The notes under the pieces were generated by a model. It was not told where the DNA came from. It searched no databases and saw nothing but the letters and a program-made list of their open reading frames with translations. A program made the position numbers and the translations under genes. A stretch of DNA of 64,000 bases, taken from assembly GCA_017389705.1 (NCBI GenBank), contig JAFPEE010000225.1:5296-69295 (forward strand), in the 5' to 3' direction. The stretch comes from Prevotella sp. Lineage in GTDB: Bacteria > Bacteroidota > Bacteroidia > Bacteroidales > Bacteroidaceae. Shown here piece by piece: positions 38,838 through 49,020 of the stretch; position 1 is the first letter of the stretch, and each line of letters opens with the position of its first letter.

Positions 38838-40519
38838 CAGATAATATCATATCGCCTCTTGGGCTGACGTCAGAGGAGAACTACCAGGCTGTCAAGGCTG
38901 GTCGCTCTTCCCTTCGTCGCTATGATGACCGCTGGGGACTACCACATCCATTTACCGCCTCCTTGTTCTCCGACCAGCAAACACGGTCGTTAGCCGTTGA
39001 GGGCATGACTCGTTTCGAGTCACTTGCCGTCCGCTCTGTTCAAGAGGCTGTCGAGGGTAGCGGGATAGACGTAGCCAGCCCTAGGGTTGTCTTTCTGCTG
39101 AGCACAACGAAGGCAAATATAGATGGCCTGGCCACCTCTTCCTCCGCTTTCGTATCGCCAAGCGTAGCAGCAAAGCGTATTGCCGTCAGGCTCGGCCTCG
39201 TAACGGAACCTATCGTCGTCTGCAACGCCTGTATTTCGGGTGTGTCAGCTATTGTGCTGGCTCAAAGACTATTGGAGGCCGACAGGTATGACTATGCAAT
39301 CGTGTGTGGTGCCGACGTGCAGAGTCGTTTCACCATTTCAGGCTTCGCGTCGCTGCAGGCTCTTTCCGTAGCAGCGTGTAAACCCTTCGACGTAGAGCGC
39401 ACAGGCCTGAATCTGGGTGAGGCTGCAGCTACCATCGTCTTGGGGAACAGGAAGCCAAACCGTTCCGCCGGTCATTATTGGGTGATAGCAAAGGGTGTCG
39501 TTCGCAATGATGCTTTCCACATGAGTTCTCCTTCCAAGCATGGCGAGGGCGCTACCCGTGCATTGACAGCCGTTGCCTCCCACCTTAGCTCATTGGCATT
39601 TATCAATGCCCATGGTACGGCCACATTGTTCAACGACCAGATGGAGTCCGTAGCTATTGAACGGGCAGGCTTGAGTCATGTTCCTGTAAACGGACTGAAA
39701 GGCTATTTGGGTCATACGTTAGGTGCTGCAGGCGTTTTGGAGACCATCTTGTGCATGAAGTCTGCCGACGACCATACCATTCTTGCCACTCGAGGCTATC
39801 AGGAGAAAGGTGTATCAGGCCATATCTCTATCGCGTCAGACCATATATTCACTTCCAGCACCAGCTTTGTGAAGATGATTTCAGGCTTTGGAGGTTGCAA
39901 TGCGGCATTGTTCGTCACTAAGATGGCACCGCCCCCCCAACAGCTAACAGCTAACAGCCAACAGCTAACAGCCAAAAGCCACATAAAGATAACTCCTTCA
40001 GGGGTGTCGTTGGATGGGAAAGCGCTGGTGTGCTCTGCTAAAGGACCAGCCTTGCTAACCAGTCTGTATAAGCAGTTCGTTGGCGACTATCCCAAATATT
40101 ATAAGATGGATCCGCTGAGTCGTTTAGGCTTTGTGGCTTCGGAGCTGTTGCTCAGGCAGGAGTCAGACCATCCGTGCCAGGACACCAGCGACAGGGCTGT
40201 CATCCTGTTCAACCACTCATCATCCATCATGGCCGACAGGCTCTACCAGGAGTCCATACAGCATCAGGAAAACTATTTTCCCAGTCCTTCGGCCTTTGTC
40301 TATACCTTACCCAATATGGTCACAGGCGAGATCGCTATCCGTCATCATTATTACGGCGAGACATCATTTTATATATTGCATCATCGTGACGACCTGCTCA
40401 TGGAGCACATTGTCAGCGCGTCGTTCGCAGACGGAGACACGAAGAGTGTCCTCAGCGGATGGCTCGACTACGAGGACGACAGCCATTTCGAGGCAGACTT
40501 GTTTATTGCAGAACGTTGA
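38822..40519 (+). CDS. Ketosynthase fused to a C-terminal chain-length-factor-like domain
   Basis: NACISG, HGTAT and GHTLG; second domain YPKYYKMD...FPSPSAFVYTLPN. Confidence 0.85.
   Translation: MVYHIADNIISPLGLTSEENYQAVKAGRSSLRRYDDRWGLPHPFTASLFSDQQTRSLAVEGMTRFESLAVRSVQEAVEGSGIDVASPRVVFLLSTTKANIDGLATSSSAFVSPSVAAKRIAVRLGLVTEPIVVCNACISGVSAIVLAQRLLEADRYDYAIVCGADVQSRFTISGFASLQALSVAACKPFDVERTGLNLGEAAATIVLGNRKPNRSAGHYWVIAKGVVRNDAFHMSSPSKHGEGATRALTAVASHLSSLAFINAHGTATLFNDQMESVAIERAGLSHVPVNGLKGYLGHTLGAAGVLETILCMKSADDHTILATRGYQEKGVSGHISIASDHIFTSSTSFVKMISGFGGCNAALFVTKMAPPPQQLTANSQQLTAKSHIKITPSGVSLDGKALVCSAKGPALLTSLYKQFVGDYPKYYKMDPLSRLGFVASELLLRQESDHPCQDTSDRAVILFNHSSSIMADRLYQESIQHQENYFPSPSAFVYTLPNMVTGEIAIRHHYYGETSFYILHHRDDLLMEHIVSASFADGDTKSVLSGWLDYEDDSHFEADLFIAER
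39939..39980 (+). repeat. Six heptamer units AACAGC(T/C) in a coding linker
   Basis: AACAGCT AACAGCT AACAGCC AACAGCT AACAGCC AAAAGCC, preceded by C7. Confidence 0.95.
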
Positions 40520-40533
40520 ATTAAAGACATCAT

Positions 40534-40791
40534 ATGGAAGATTTAGTATTCGAATTGAAAGAAAAGATAATCGAGGCCCTCAATCTGGAGGAGATGACTC
40601 CAGACAGTATAGATACCGATGCCCCCTTGTTTGGCGAGGGGCTGGGCCTTGATTCCATTGACGCGTTGGAGCTGATAGTCCTGATAGAGAAGAACTATGG
40701 CATTAAGCTGGCCAATCCTTCTGAGGGTAAGGCCATCTTCCAGAGCGTACGTACCATTGCTGACTTCATAAGCCAGCATCGCAAAAAATAG
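40534..40791 (+). CDS. Acyl carrier protein
   Basis: GLGLDSIDALE. Confidence 0.93.
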   Translation: MEDLVFELKEKIIEALNLEEMTPDSIDTDAPLFGEGLGLDSIDALELIVLIEKNYGIKLANPSEGKAIFQSVRTIADFISQHRKK

Positions 40792-40796
40792 TGCCG

Positions 40797-42566
40797 ATGA
40801 GTAAACATATAGTCATCACAGGAGCAGGAATCATCTCTGCCATAGGAAACGACAAGGCGTCAGTCTTGCAGTCGCTGAAAGAGGGCAAGACTGGCATTGG
40901 TGCGATGAGGTATCTTCGTTCCTCCCACCATGAGCTTCCTGTGGGCGAGGTGAAGCTGTCTGACGAGCAGATGAAGGCCATGTTGGCCATTGATGCCTCC
41001 TGCGACATGAGTCGTACCACCCTGATGGGAATATTGGCAGTCCGTCAGGCCATAGACGAAGCCCGTCTGGTAAAAGACGAGGGCAGGCGGGTGGTGCTGG
41101 TCTCAGGGACCACCGTTGGCGGCATGGACAAGACGGAACACTATTTCCACACTTTCGCCGACAGCGACCAGCATATCGACTGTCTGCGTACTCACGATGG
41201 TGGCGGTTGTACGAAAGCTGTCGCCAGTCATTTTGACCTCTTCGACCGTTGCACCACCGTCTCCACAGCGTGTTCCTCAGCAGCCAATGCCTTGGTCGTG
41301 GGCGCCAACCTGATCAAGGCAGGCAAGGCAGATGTCGTTGTCGCTGGAGGGTGCGAGGCTCTGACACGGTTCCATCTGAATGGCTTCCGCTCTCTAATGA
41401 TTCTCGACCATGAGCCTTGTCGCCCGTTCGATGCCACCCGTCAGGGACTCAATCTGGGCGAGGGCGCTGCTTATGTGGTCTTAGAGTCTGAACAGTCGGC
41501 CAGGAACCGCCATGTCGAGCCACAGGCCTTTCTGACGGGCTATGGCAATGCCTGCGATGCCTTCCATCTGACAGCATCCTCAGCCGATGGCGAAGGAGCC
41601 TTCCTGGCTATGAAGGAGGCTTTGGAGATGGCTCAGCTCACACCTCAGGACGTAGACTACGTGAATGCCCACGGTACAGGCACACCTAATAACGACGCGA
41701 GCGAGAGCGCAGCCCTTAAGCGCCTTTTTGGAAAGCAGCTGCCAAGCATCTCCAGCACCAAAGGATTTACGGGCCATGCCACCAGCGCCTCAGGCAGTAT
41801 AGAGACCGTCATCTGCCTGCTGGCTATGCGCCATGGCTTCATACCGCAGAATTTAGGATGGCAGCGTCAGGCAGACGACTGCATTGCGCCATCGCTTGGC
41901 ATGTCTGACTGTCGCTTAAACCATGTGCTGTGCAATTCTTTCGGCTTTGGAGGAAATGACACGTCGCTTCTCTTTTCACTTCGTCCCCAAGACAGCACCC
42001 CTGACATATTGTCGATACCAGTATCTGCCATTCGACATCTTGCAAGAGTCGAGATTACACACGAAGATATTTTGGCAGAGGTACGCGCCTACGTGAAACC
42101 TATGGAGCTGCGACGCATGGGGAAGATGATGAAGTGTGCTTTGTTGTCTTCTATGCGTGCTTTGGAACAAGCAGGCATTAAGACACCTGACGCTATTATA
42201 ACAGCCACCTCGTTAGGGTGTTTGGAGAATAGCGAAAAGCTGTTGTTCCAACTTCAGGAAGAAGGTGAGGTGATGCTTAAGCAGACCCTCTTTATGCAGA
42301 GCACGCATAACACCATCAGCAGTAGTATTGCCATAAAAACTCAATGTCATGGGTATAATATGACCTATACTCATGGGAAGGAGTCATTAGAATGGGCTTT
42401 ATTGGATGCTGAGATGCTGCTGCGCAGTGGCAAGGCTAAGACGGTGCTGGTAGGGTTGCATGACGAGTCTACCCCGTTGTATCGTTCTGTACAAGCACGT
42501 CTGGGAAATGAAGATACAATATTACCAATTCACTCAATAGCTTTTGTTTTGACATGTGGAGATTAG
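40797..42566 (+). CDS. Ketosynthase fused to a C-terminal chain-length-factor-like domain
   Basis: STACSS, HGTGT and GHATS; second domain LRRMG...FMQSTHNT. Confidence 0.85.
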   Translation: MSKHIVITGAGIISAIGNDKASVLQSLKEGKTGIGAMRYLRSSHHELPVGEVKLSDEQMKAMLAIDASCDMSRTTLMGILAVRQAIDEARLVKDEGRRVVLVSGTTVGGMDKTEHYFHTFADSDQHIDCLRTHDGGGCTKAVASHFDLFDRCTTVSTACSSAANALVVGANLIKAGKADVVVAGGCEALTRFHLNGFRSLMILDHEPCRPFDATRQGLNLGEGAAYVVLESEQSARNRHVEPQAFLTGYGNACDAFHLTASSADGEGAFLAMKEALEMAQLTPQDVDYVNAHGTGTPNNDASESAALKRLFGKQLPSISSTKGFTGHATSASGSIETVICLLAMRHGFIPQNLGWQRQADDCIAPSLGMSDCRLNHVLCNSFGFGGNDTSLLFSLRPQDSTPDILSIPVSAIRHLARVEITHEDILAEVRAYVKPMELRRMGKMMKCALLSSMRALEQAGIKTPDAIITATSLGCLENSEKLLFQLQEEGEVMLKQTLFMQSTHNTISSSIAIKTQCHGYNMTYTHGKESLEWALLDAEMLLRSGKAKTVLVGLHDESTPLYRSVQARLGNEDTILPIHSIAFVLTCGD

Positions 42567-42907
42567 TCACGTATGCAGTCATACAGAGCATGTTGCTTTG
42601 TGGTGGACAGGTGTTCTTGAAGTTTGCCCTGACCAGAATGCCTTCATTTGGATGGAACAAAGCGTTCTGGGTAGCCGCTCTTACCAACTGGCAGTTTGCT
42701 GTCAGTGGTATCCTCTTTGGCACCTGTTCCTTGCTGTGGATGTATATTATCAAGCATTTCCCATTCAGCGCGGCTTATCCAATGGTTAGCCTGAGCTATG
42801 TCTTTGGTATGTTGGCTGCCATCCTCTTTTTCAACGAAGAAGTTTCTTTGTCTAAGTGGATTGGCGTGCTGTGTATTGTTATAGGTTGTTTCTTAATCGC
42901 AAAATAA
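42554..42907 (+). CDS. Small EamA/DMT (ArnE/F-like) membrane protein
   Basis: Four TM helices; S.AYP..SL.Y and E.VS..KW.G. Confidence 0.8.
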   Translation: MWRLVTYAVIQSMLLCGGQVFLKFALTRMPSFGWNKAFWVAALTNWQFAVSGILFGTCSLLWMYIIKHFPFSAAYPMVSLSYVFGMLAAILFFNEEVSLSKWIGVLCIVIGCFLIAK

Positions 42908-43581
42908 TGATGAGACGAAGCATGTTGATACTATCTTTCCTGATAACAGGACTTCTGACGATGAAAGCGCAGGGAGATATCAAGCAGAAAATTATTCAGG
43001 CGGCATCATCCATCAAGACGATGCAGTGTGAATTCGTTCAGACGAAGCACATGAAGATGCTCAACGACCAATTGGTTTCCAAGGGAAAGATGTGCTATCA
43101 GACTCCCGATAAGCTGAGATGGGAATACGTGGATCCCTACACTTATACCTTTATCCTCAATGGTAGTCAGGTGCAGCTGAAAAATAGCATTGCAACGCCA
43201 CACTCTCTTGGGGAGAATAGGAGCGATGTCATCGATGTGAATCAGAATAAGATATTCAAGGAGATAGCGCAAATCATGGTGGGTAGCATGGTGGGTAGCT
43301 GTCTTTCTGACGATAAGAACTTCAGGACCAGCATTACTACGACCAGTACGGAATACGTGGCCTCAATGCTTCCATTAAAGAAGCAGATGAAGCAGCTGTT
43401 CCAGCGCATCGTCCTTCATTTCCCAATTGCATCGCCACACTCTCAAAGAGAGAAGGGGAGAATGAATTCGGTGGTGTCTAAAGTGGAGCTGATAGAAAAG
43501 AACGGAGATAGAACTATTATCGATTTAAGTCATATACGTCTCAATGAAACCATTCGTTCTGACCAGTTTGCTATTCGTTAG
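42907..43581 (+). CDS. LolA-like carrier protein
   Basis: Signal peptide, F.QTK..., SKG and LRWEY..P; carries two repeat-derived segments. Confidence 0.85.
   Translation: MMRRSMLILSFLITGLLTMKAQGDIKQKIIQAASSIKTMQCEFVQTKHMKMLNDQLVSKGKMCYQTPDKLRWEYVDPYTYTFILNGSQVQLKNSIATPHSLGENRSDVIDVNQNKIFKEIAQIMVGSMVGSCLSDDKNFRTSITTTSTEYVASMLPLKKQMKQLFQRIVLHFPIASPHSQREKGRMNSVVSKVELIEKNGDRTIIDLSHIRLNETIRSDQFAIR
43189..43217 (+). repeat. 29-bp intragenic stem-loop element, copy 1
   Basis: attgcaacgccacactctcttggggagaa. Confidence 0.85.
43426..43454 (+). repeat. 29-bp intragenic stem-loop element, copy 2
   Basis: attgcatcgccacactctcaaagagagaa. Confidence 0.9.
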
Positions 43582-43999
43582 CATGTTGGTGATGAGGGCT
43601 TGTCCTATGATGGCTCAGACTCAGCAACTTTTCCCCTTCCAAACGGGGGAGAAGATTCGGTATACTGCGTCTATTGAGATGCCTAAGGGATATATCAGTG
43701 GGATATGTGTACTGCTGAACGAAGGAGATGTGGTCAGGGGATGTCTGTTCAATGAGTTTGGCGTGACTGCGTTGGACTTCTCCTACCAACCGAAGAAAGA
43801 CAAGGTCAAGCTTCATACTGTTATGGGACTGATGGACAAGTGGTATATCAGAAGGGTATTGAGAAAGGATTTGCGTCAGCTGATGCAGTGTCTGCAGAAT
43901 GGTATGACGGCCTATCAAGACGAAAAGCATGGAATAACCTACAGGTTAACTCCGATGAAGATTGCAGAGCCACGCTCCCAAAAGGAGAATTTAAAATAA
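43544..43999 (+). CDS. Hypothetical exported protein of the PKS cluster
   Basis: Signal-like N-terminus; NEFG..LDF motif; overlaps its upstream neighbour. Confidence 0.7.
   Translation: MKPFVLTSLLFVSMLVMRACPMMAQTQQLFPFQTGEKIRYTASIEMPKGYISGICVLLNEGDVVRGCLFNEFGVTALDFSYQPKKDKVKLHTVMGLMDKWYIRRVLRKDLRQLMQCLQNGMTAYQDEKHGITYRLTPMKIAEPRSQKENLK
43961..43989 (+). repeat. 29-bp intragenic stem-loop element, copy 3
   Basis: attgcagagccacgctcccaaaaggagaa. Confidence 0.8.
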
Positions 44000-44014
44000 G
44001 AAAGCTAATAGCGT

Positions 44015-44473
44015 ATGGTATTGAAAGATAGTCTATATCAAATAATTGCTAAAGAAGAGTTGGAAGATACGCTCTCGACTTACGAGTGTGACTTTCCAAT
44101 TGTATATTCCCTGTCTTTAAATCAGAATCATTTAGTCTATCAAGCTCACTTCCCTGGCGAGCCTATCACACCAGGCGCTTGCATTGTACAGATAGCAAAG
44201 GAGTTGTTTGAGGACCATCTGAAAGGTAGCTATACCATTCGCACCGTCAAGAATGTGAAGTTCCTGTCTGTGATATCTCCTACGCAAACACCTCGTGTAG
44301 ATTATGTCTTTGAAAAGATGATGGCGTCGGAGGAAAGTGGCGATTATAAAGTCCAGGTTCAGGTACGAGATGCCACATCAACGTTTGCCAAGTTATCGTT
44401 AGTATTCTCTCCATGCGAGTATGGCGGTGTAATCTCGTCCTGCGAGTGCAAAAATTTAAATAGAGCAGTATGA
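44015..44473 (+). CDS. FabZ/ApeI-like dehydratase
   Basis: YQAHFPGEPITPG and VKFLSVISP. Confidence 0.85.
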   Translation: MVLKDSLYQIIAKEELEDTLSTYECDFPIVYSLSLNQNHLVYQAHFPGEPITPGACIVQIAKELFEDHLKGSYTIRTVKNVKFLSVISPTQTPRVDYVFEKMMASEESGDYKVQVQVRDATSTFAKLSLVFSPCEYGGVISSCECKNLNRAV

Positions 44474-45969
44474 TGGGTGTTGAGGAACAAAAGAGGTTGC
44501 TGCACGACAGAGGCATCTGCGTGGTTATTCCTACATATAACAATGAAGGAACGATAGACCATGTAGTTCATCAGGTGTTGCAGGAGTGTGGCGACGTCAT
44601 TGTTGTCAACGACGGATCAACAGACCATACTGGGATTCTCTTAAAGAAGTATCCTGCCATCACGCTGGTGGAATATCCCAAGAATCAGGGTAAAGGGTAT
44701 GCGCTTAAAAGGGGATTTAGGAAGGCTCTCCAGCAAGGCTTCTCCTATGCTATAACGTTGGATGGTGACGGACAGCACTATCCCGAGGATATAGCTAAGT
44801 TTCTCAAAGCCAATCAGGAACATCCTGGCGCTTTGATTATCGGTAGTAGGAATCTTGAGGGCATAGAGCGCAGCAAGGGCAGTGACTTCGCCAATAAATT
44901 CTCCAATTTCTGGTTTTACGTCCAGACAGGCAAAAGGCTGGCAGACACCCAGACAGGTTATCGGCTATATCCCCTTAAGAAACTTCATGGATTAGGGCTG
45001 CTGACCAGTCGCTATGAGGCTGAGCTGGAACTGTTGGTCTTTGCCTCATGGCATGGTGTCTCTCTTGTGCCCATCCCTATAAACGTCTATTACCCGCCCA
45101 AGGAAAAAAGAGTAAGCCATTTCCGACCTGTCAGGGATTTTTCTCGTATTAGCATCCTTAATACCTTATTGTGTTTCTTGGCAGTAGTCTATGGATGCCC
45201 ACTGCGTATTTGTCGCTTCTTTGGGAAATACATAAGGACCTTTTATGCGCTAATCTTCTTTGTCTTTTTCTCGCTGTTTATTATTACTCCATTGGTCTGG
45301 TTCTACGTGAAGGTGGGGAAGATGACGGAGCAAAAGAAGCAGCACCTGCACCAACTCATCCAATGGATCTCAAGGTTTCTGATGATGAAGCATGGTGTTC
45401 CGGGAACCTCTTTCTCCTATCAGGTAGCAGAGAATGTCAGTTTTGATACGCCACGCATCATTATATGTAACCACCAGTCGCATCTGGATCTCATGTGCCA
45501 ACTGGTATTCACGCCCAAAATCGTTTTCCTGACAAAAGACTGGGTGTGGAACAATCTCTTCTATGGTTTCCTCATTCGTCATGCAGAATATTATCCTGTA
45601 TCAGAGGGCCTCGAGACATTGTTGCCTAAGCTCAGGTCTTTAGTCCTGCGAGGATACAGCATTGCAGTCTACCCTGAGGGCACACGCTCGAGGGATTGTC
45701 AGATAGGCCGTTTCCATCAGGGGGCTTTCTATTTGTCAGAGCAGTTGGGCATCGACCTGCTGCCAATGTGCCTGTATGGTACGGGCAAGGCACTCCCTAA
45801 AGGAACCTATTTACTGAACAAGAGTCCTATCTATATTCAAGTGGACAAGCCTGTGACGCGAGACGAGCTGAAAAAGGTAGGGGACACGATGAAACAGGCA
45901 TCCTGGATGCGTGCCCGCTATAGAAAGGAATATCAGGATATTACTAATAGATTAGAGCAAGATGCGTAA
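44470..45969 (+). CDS. GT2 glycosyltransferase fused to a PlsC-type acyltransferase
   Basis: VIPTYNN, NDGSTD, DGDGQH and DTQTGYR; then NHQSHLD and YPEGTRS. Confidence 0.88.
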   Translation: MMGVEEQKRLLHDRGICVVIPTYNNEGTIDHVVHQVLQECGDVIVVNDGSTDHTGILLKKYPAITLVEYPKNQGKGYALKRGFRKALQQGFSYAITLDGDGQHYPEDIAKFLKANQEHPGALIIGSRNLEGIERSKGSDFANKFSNFWFYVQTGKRLADTQTGYRLYPLKKLHGLGLLTSRYEAELELLVFASWHGVSLVPIPINVYYPPKEKRVSHFRPVRDFSRISILNTLLCFLAVVYGCPLRICRFFGKYIRTFYALIFFVFFSLFIITPLVWFYVKVGKMTEQKKQHLHQLIQWISRFLMMKHGVPGTSFSYQVAENVSFDTPRIIICNHQSHLDLMCQLVFTPKIVFLTKDWVWNNLFYGFLIRHAEYYPVSEGLETLLPKLRSLVLRGYSIAVYPEGTRSRDCQIGRFHQGAFYLSEQLGIDLLPMCLYGTGKALPKGTYLLNKSPIYIQVDKPVTRDELKKVGDTMKQASWMRARYRKEYQDITNRLEQDA

Positions 45970-47509
45970 GAAGGTTGTCATCATAGGAAGCGGACTGGGA
46001 GGATTGTCCTGCGGGGTTATCCTGGCGAAGAATGGCTATGACGTTACCGTTCTGGAACAGGGTAACCAGCCTGGCGGATGCTTACAGTGCTTTACCCGCA
46101 GAGGGGTAAAGTTCGAAACTGGTATGCACTTCATTGGCAGTGCCTCTGAAGGGCAGACGCTAGACAGAATCATGCGCTACCTGGAGGTAAAGAAAGATGT
46201 GACGCTGGCTCCGTTGGATCCGGAGGGCTATGAGGTCGTCTCTATCGGAGGACAGGAGTTCCGCTTTGCCAACGGACGTGAGGCCTTTATTAAACAGATG
46301 GCCTCCTATTTTCCACATCAGCGCACTAACCTGGAGCGATACTATGACTTGGTAGAGCTGCTCGCTGGTGCCTCCTCACTGCATTCTTTAAGAGATCCTA
46401 ATAACCCTCGCATGGCAACGCTCTCTTTGCATCGCCACACTCTCAAAGAGCGAAAGAGAGAACAGTTGACTGACAATAGTCAACTATCTACCTACCAGTT
46501 GCGCACCATCCCTGAGGTCATCGACGAGATCATTACCGACCCTCTACTGGCTAAGGTGTTGGTGGGTAATCTGCCTCTCTATGCAGCAGAGAAAGACAAG
46601 ACTCCTTTCTCTACCCATGCCTTTATTATGGATTTCTACAATCAGAGTGCCTATCGTTTTGTGGGTGGCAGTGAGACAGCCGCCGCCTCGTTAGTTAGAA
46701 CGATGGAAAAATATGGAGGTAGAATCGTGCTTAACCATCAGGCTCGGAAAATTATCTGTGACGAGACACATGCTGTTGCTGTCGATGAGTTTCCTGCTGA
46801 TTATGTCATCTCCGATGCTCACCCAATGCGTACCTTGGAACTGGTGGATTCTAAGCTGATACGTCCTGCTTTCAGGGAGCGTATCAATGCCATTCCTCAG
46901 ACGGTGGGCTGTTTCTCAGTCTACTTGGATTTCAAGAAAGATACGATACCGTATATGAATAGCAACTATTACGGCTATCTGGGGGATACACCTTGGGGCT
47001 GTGAGCAATACGACGAACACTCCTGGCCTAAGGGCTACCTCTATATGCATTTCTGTCAAGAATCCAATCCTAAATATGCTACCACCGGTGTCATACTCTC
47101 CTATATGCAGATGAGCGATGTAGACCAGTGGGCTGATACCATGGTAGGTCATCGTGGTGCAGACTACGAGGAGTTTAAGATAGAACGCGCAGAGCGGCTT
47201 TTAGAAGTAGTAGGAAAATCTTTCCCAAATCTGAGGAGTGCTATTAACCATTACTATACATCTACGCCTCTGACCTATCGCGACTATACCGGTACCGAGG
47301 GAGGTGGTATGTATGGCGTGGCGAAGGATGTGAGGATGGGAGTAGCCTGTCGGGTACCTCATAAGACCAAGATTCCCAACCTGTTTCAGACGGGTCAGAA
47401 TATCAACTCGCATGGTATGCTGGGCGTAATGGTGGGTACCATTGTGACCTGTAGTGAACTGTTGACGCCAGAGCGTATCTATCAGCAAATAAGCAGAGGA
47501 GGAGATTAA
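45962..47509 (+). CDS. Phytoene-desaturase-like FAD oxidoreductase
   Basis: GSGLGG, FETGMH, STPLT and TGQN..HG. Confidence 0.88.
   Translation: MRKKVVIIGSGLGGLSCGVILAKNGYDVTVLEQGNQPGGCLQCFTRRGVKFETGMHFIGSASEGQTLDRIMRYLEVKKDVTLAPLDPEGYEVVSIGGQEFRFANGREAFIKQMASYFPHQRTNLERYYDLVELLAGASSLHSLRDPNNPRMATLSLHRHTLKERKREQLTDNSQLSTYQLRTIPEVIDEIITDPLLAKVLVGNLPLYAAEKDKTPFSTHAFIMDFYNQSAYRFVGGSETAAASLVRTMEKYGGRIVLNHQARKIICDETHAVAVDEFPADYVISDAHPMRTLELVDSKLIRPAFRERINAIPQTVGCFSVYLDFKKDTIPYMNSNYYGYLGDTPWGCEQYDEHSWPKGYLYMHFCQESNPKYATTGVILSYMQMSDVDQWADTMVGHRGADYEEFKIERAERLLEVVGKSFPNLRSAINHYYTSTPLTYRDYTGTEGGGMYGVAKDVRMGVACRVPHKTKIPNLFQTGQNINSHGMLGVMVGTIVTCSELLTPERIYQQISRGGD
46426..46454 (+). repeat. 29-bp intragenic stem-loop element, copy 4 (nested)
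   Basis: tttgcatcgccacactctcaaagagcgaa, inside an outer gcaacgctctcttt...aaagagagaa. Confidence 0.88.
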
Positions 47510-47511
47510 GC

Positions 47512-49020
47512 ATGCAAAAGTCAGTTATTATCATAGGTGCTGGGCTTGGAGGCCTGTTTACGGGAGCCTTCCTCGCTAAAGAGGGAATGGAGGTAACCCT
47601 ATTGGAGAAGAATGCTACCATAGGGGGAGGCTTGCAGTCGTTCAGACTTTTTGGTGAGACCTTCGATACTGGTATGCATGTTGTTGGTGGTATGTATCCA
47701 GGAGGTAATATTTACAAGATATGCCGCTATCTGGGCATTCTTGATCAAGTCCGGTTGAGAGATGTCGATGATAATTGTACGGACCAGCTGTATTTTGCTG
47801 AGGACCAGATGTATTATAGGATAGCAAAGGGCCGTGAGGGCTTTGTTAGCTCCCTGGCTTCTTATTTCCCTCAGGAGAGAGAAAACCTGGAGCGCTATGT
47901 GGCTGCTGTCTTTGATATGACGGAGCAGATAGATCTGTTCAACCTTCGCCCCTCGCAAGGTCGTCTGTCGTTGTTTACCGGTTCTGACGATTTCCTGATG
48001 GCGGCCAACGAGTTCATCGCCAAGTATGTGGAGGATGAGAAACTGCGTAGCGTGTTAGCCTATATGAATCCGCTGTATGGTGGGCGGGCAAACCAGACTC
48101 CTGCCTACATCCATGCCGTCATCAGCACGTTATACATCCGTGGGGCCAGTCGCTTTGTCGATGGCAGCTTCCGTTTCGCAGACTTGCTGGCTGGTGTAAT
48201 CAGACAGCATGGTGGGCATATCGTCACTGACGACGGTGTCGACTGTGTGGAAGTCGTTGACAGGCATGTCGATTACGTCAAGACCGTTAGCGGGAAAACC
48301 TATACCGCAGACTACTACATCTCGGACATCCATCCGTGCACCTTGTTGGGACTGATGGATGGGCGGGCGATGCCCAAGTCTTACTGGGAGCGCCTGAATG
48401 CCATTCCCAACTCCCACTCGGCATTCTCGCTGTATGTCAAGATGAAGGAGGGCTCGTTCCCCTATATGAATTATTCGGAGTACTACATGACGCGCTATGC
48501 TGATGTATGGCACTTCGCGGACTGTCGATGGCCGTTGGGTTTTCTGCTGATGACGCCACCGGAAAGTCATCAGGGGGCTTACAGCACCAAAGTACTGGTG
48601 ACGGCTCCAATGTCCTTCGATATGGTCAGGCAGTGGGAGCACACACGGGTAGGGCGGCGTGGTGATGCCTATGAGCAGTGGAAGAAAGAGTGTGCTGAGG
48701 AGTTACTGACGCTGATAGAGGAGATGCATCCGGGCTTCAGGGACCACATCGAGGCCGTTAATACGGCATCACCGCTGACCATTCGCGACTACTACGGAGT
48801 CAAGGAGGGCAGCATCTGTGGCTTCAGTAAGGATTGCCGGCATATTGCCCTGTCGCAAGTGCCTGTAGTGACAAAGATCAGCAATCTGCTGCTGACAGGA
48901 CAGAACAACAACCTACACGGCTTCTGCGGTGTGCCCCTGACGGCCATCAACACCTGTGAGGCCATTTTGGGTGTGAATACTATCATCAACAGAATAAACG
49001 AATGCGAAGTAAACTGCTGA
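47512..49020 (+). CDS. Phytoene-desaturase-like FAD oxidoreductase (paralog)
   Basis: GAGLGG, FDTGMH, ASPLT and TGQN..HG. Confidence 0.88.
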   Translation: MQKSVIIIGAGLGGLFTGAFLAKEGMEVTLLEKNATIGGGLQSFRLFGETFDTGMHVVGGMYPGGNIYKICRYLGILDQVRLRDVDDNCTDQLYFAEDQMYYRIAKGREGFVSSLASYFPQERENLERYVAAVFDMTEQIDLFNLRPSQGRLSLFTGSDDFLMAANEFIAKYVEDEKLRSVLAYMNPLYGGRANQTPAYIHAVISTLYIRGASRFVDGSFRFADLLAGVIRQHGGHIVTDDGVDCVEVVDRHVDYVKTVSGKTYTADYYISDIHPCTLLGLMDGRAMPKSYWERLNAIPNSHSAFSLYVKMKEGSFPYMNYSEYYMTRYADVWHFADCRWPLGFLLMTPPESHQGAYSTKVLVTAPMSFDMVRQWEHTRVGRRGDAYEQWKKECAEELLTLIEEMHPGFRDHIEAVNTASPLTIRDYYGVKEGSICGFSKDCRHIALSQVPVVTKISNLLLTGQNNNLHGFCGVPLTAINTCEAILGVNTIINRINECEVNC

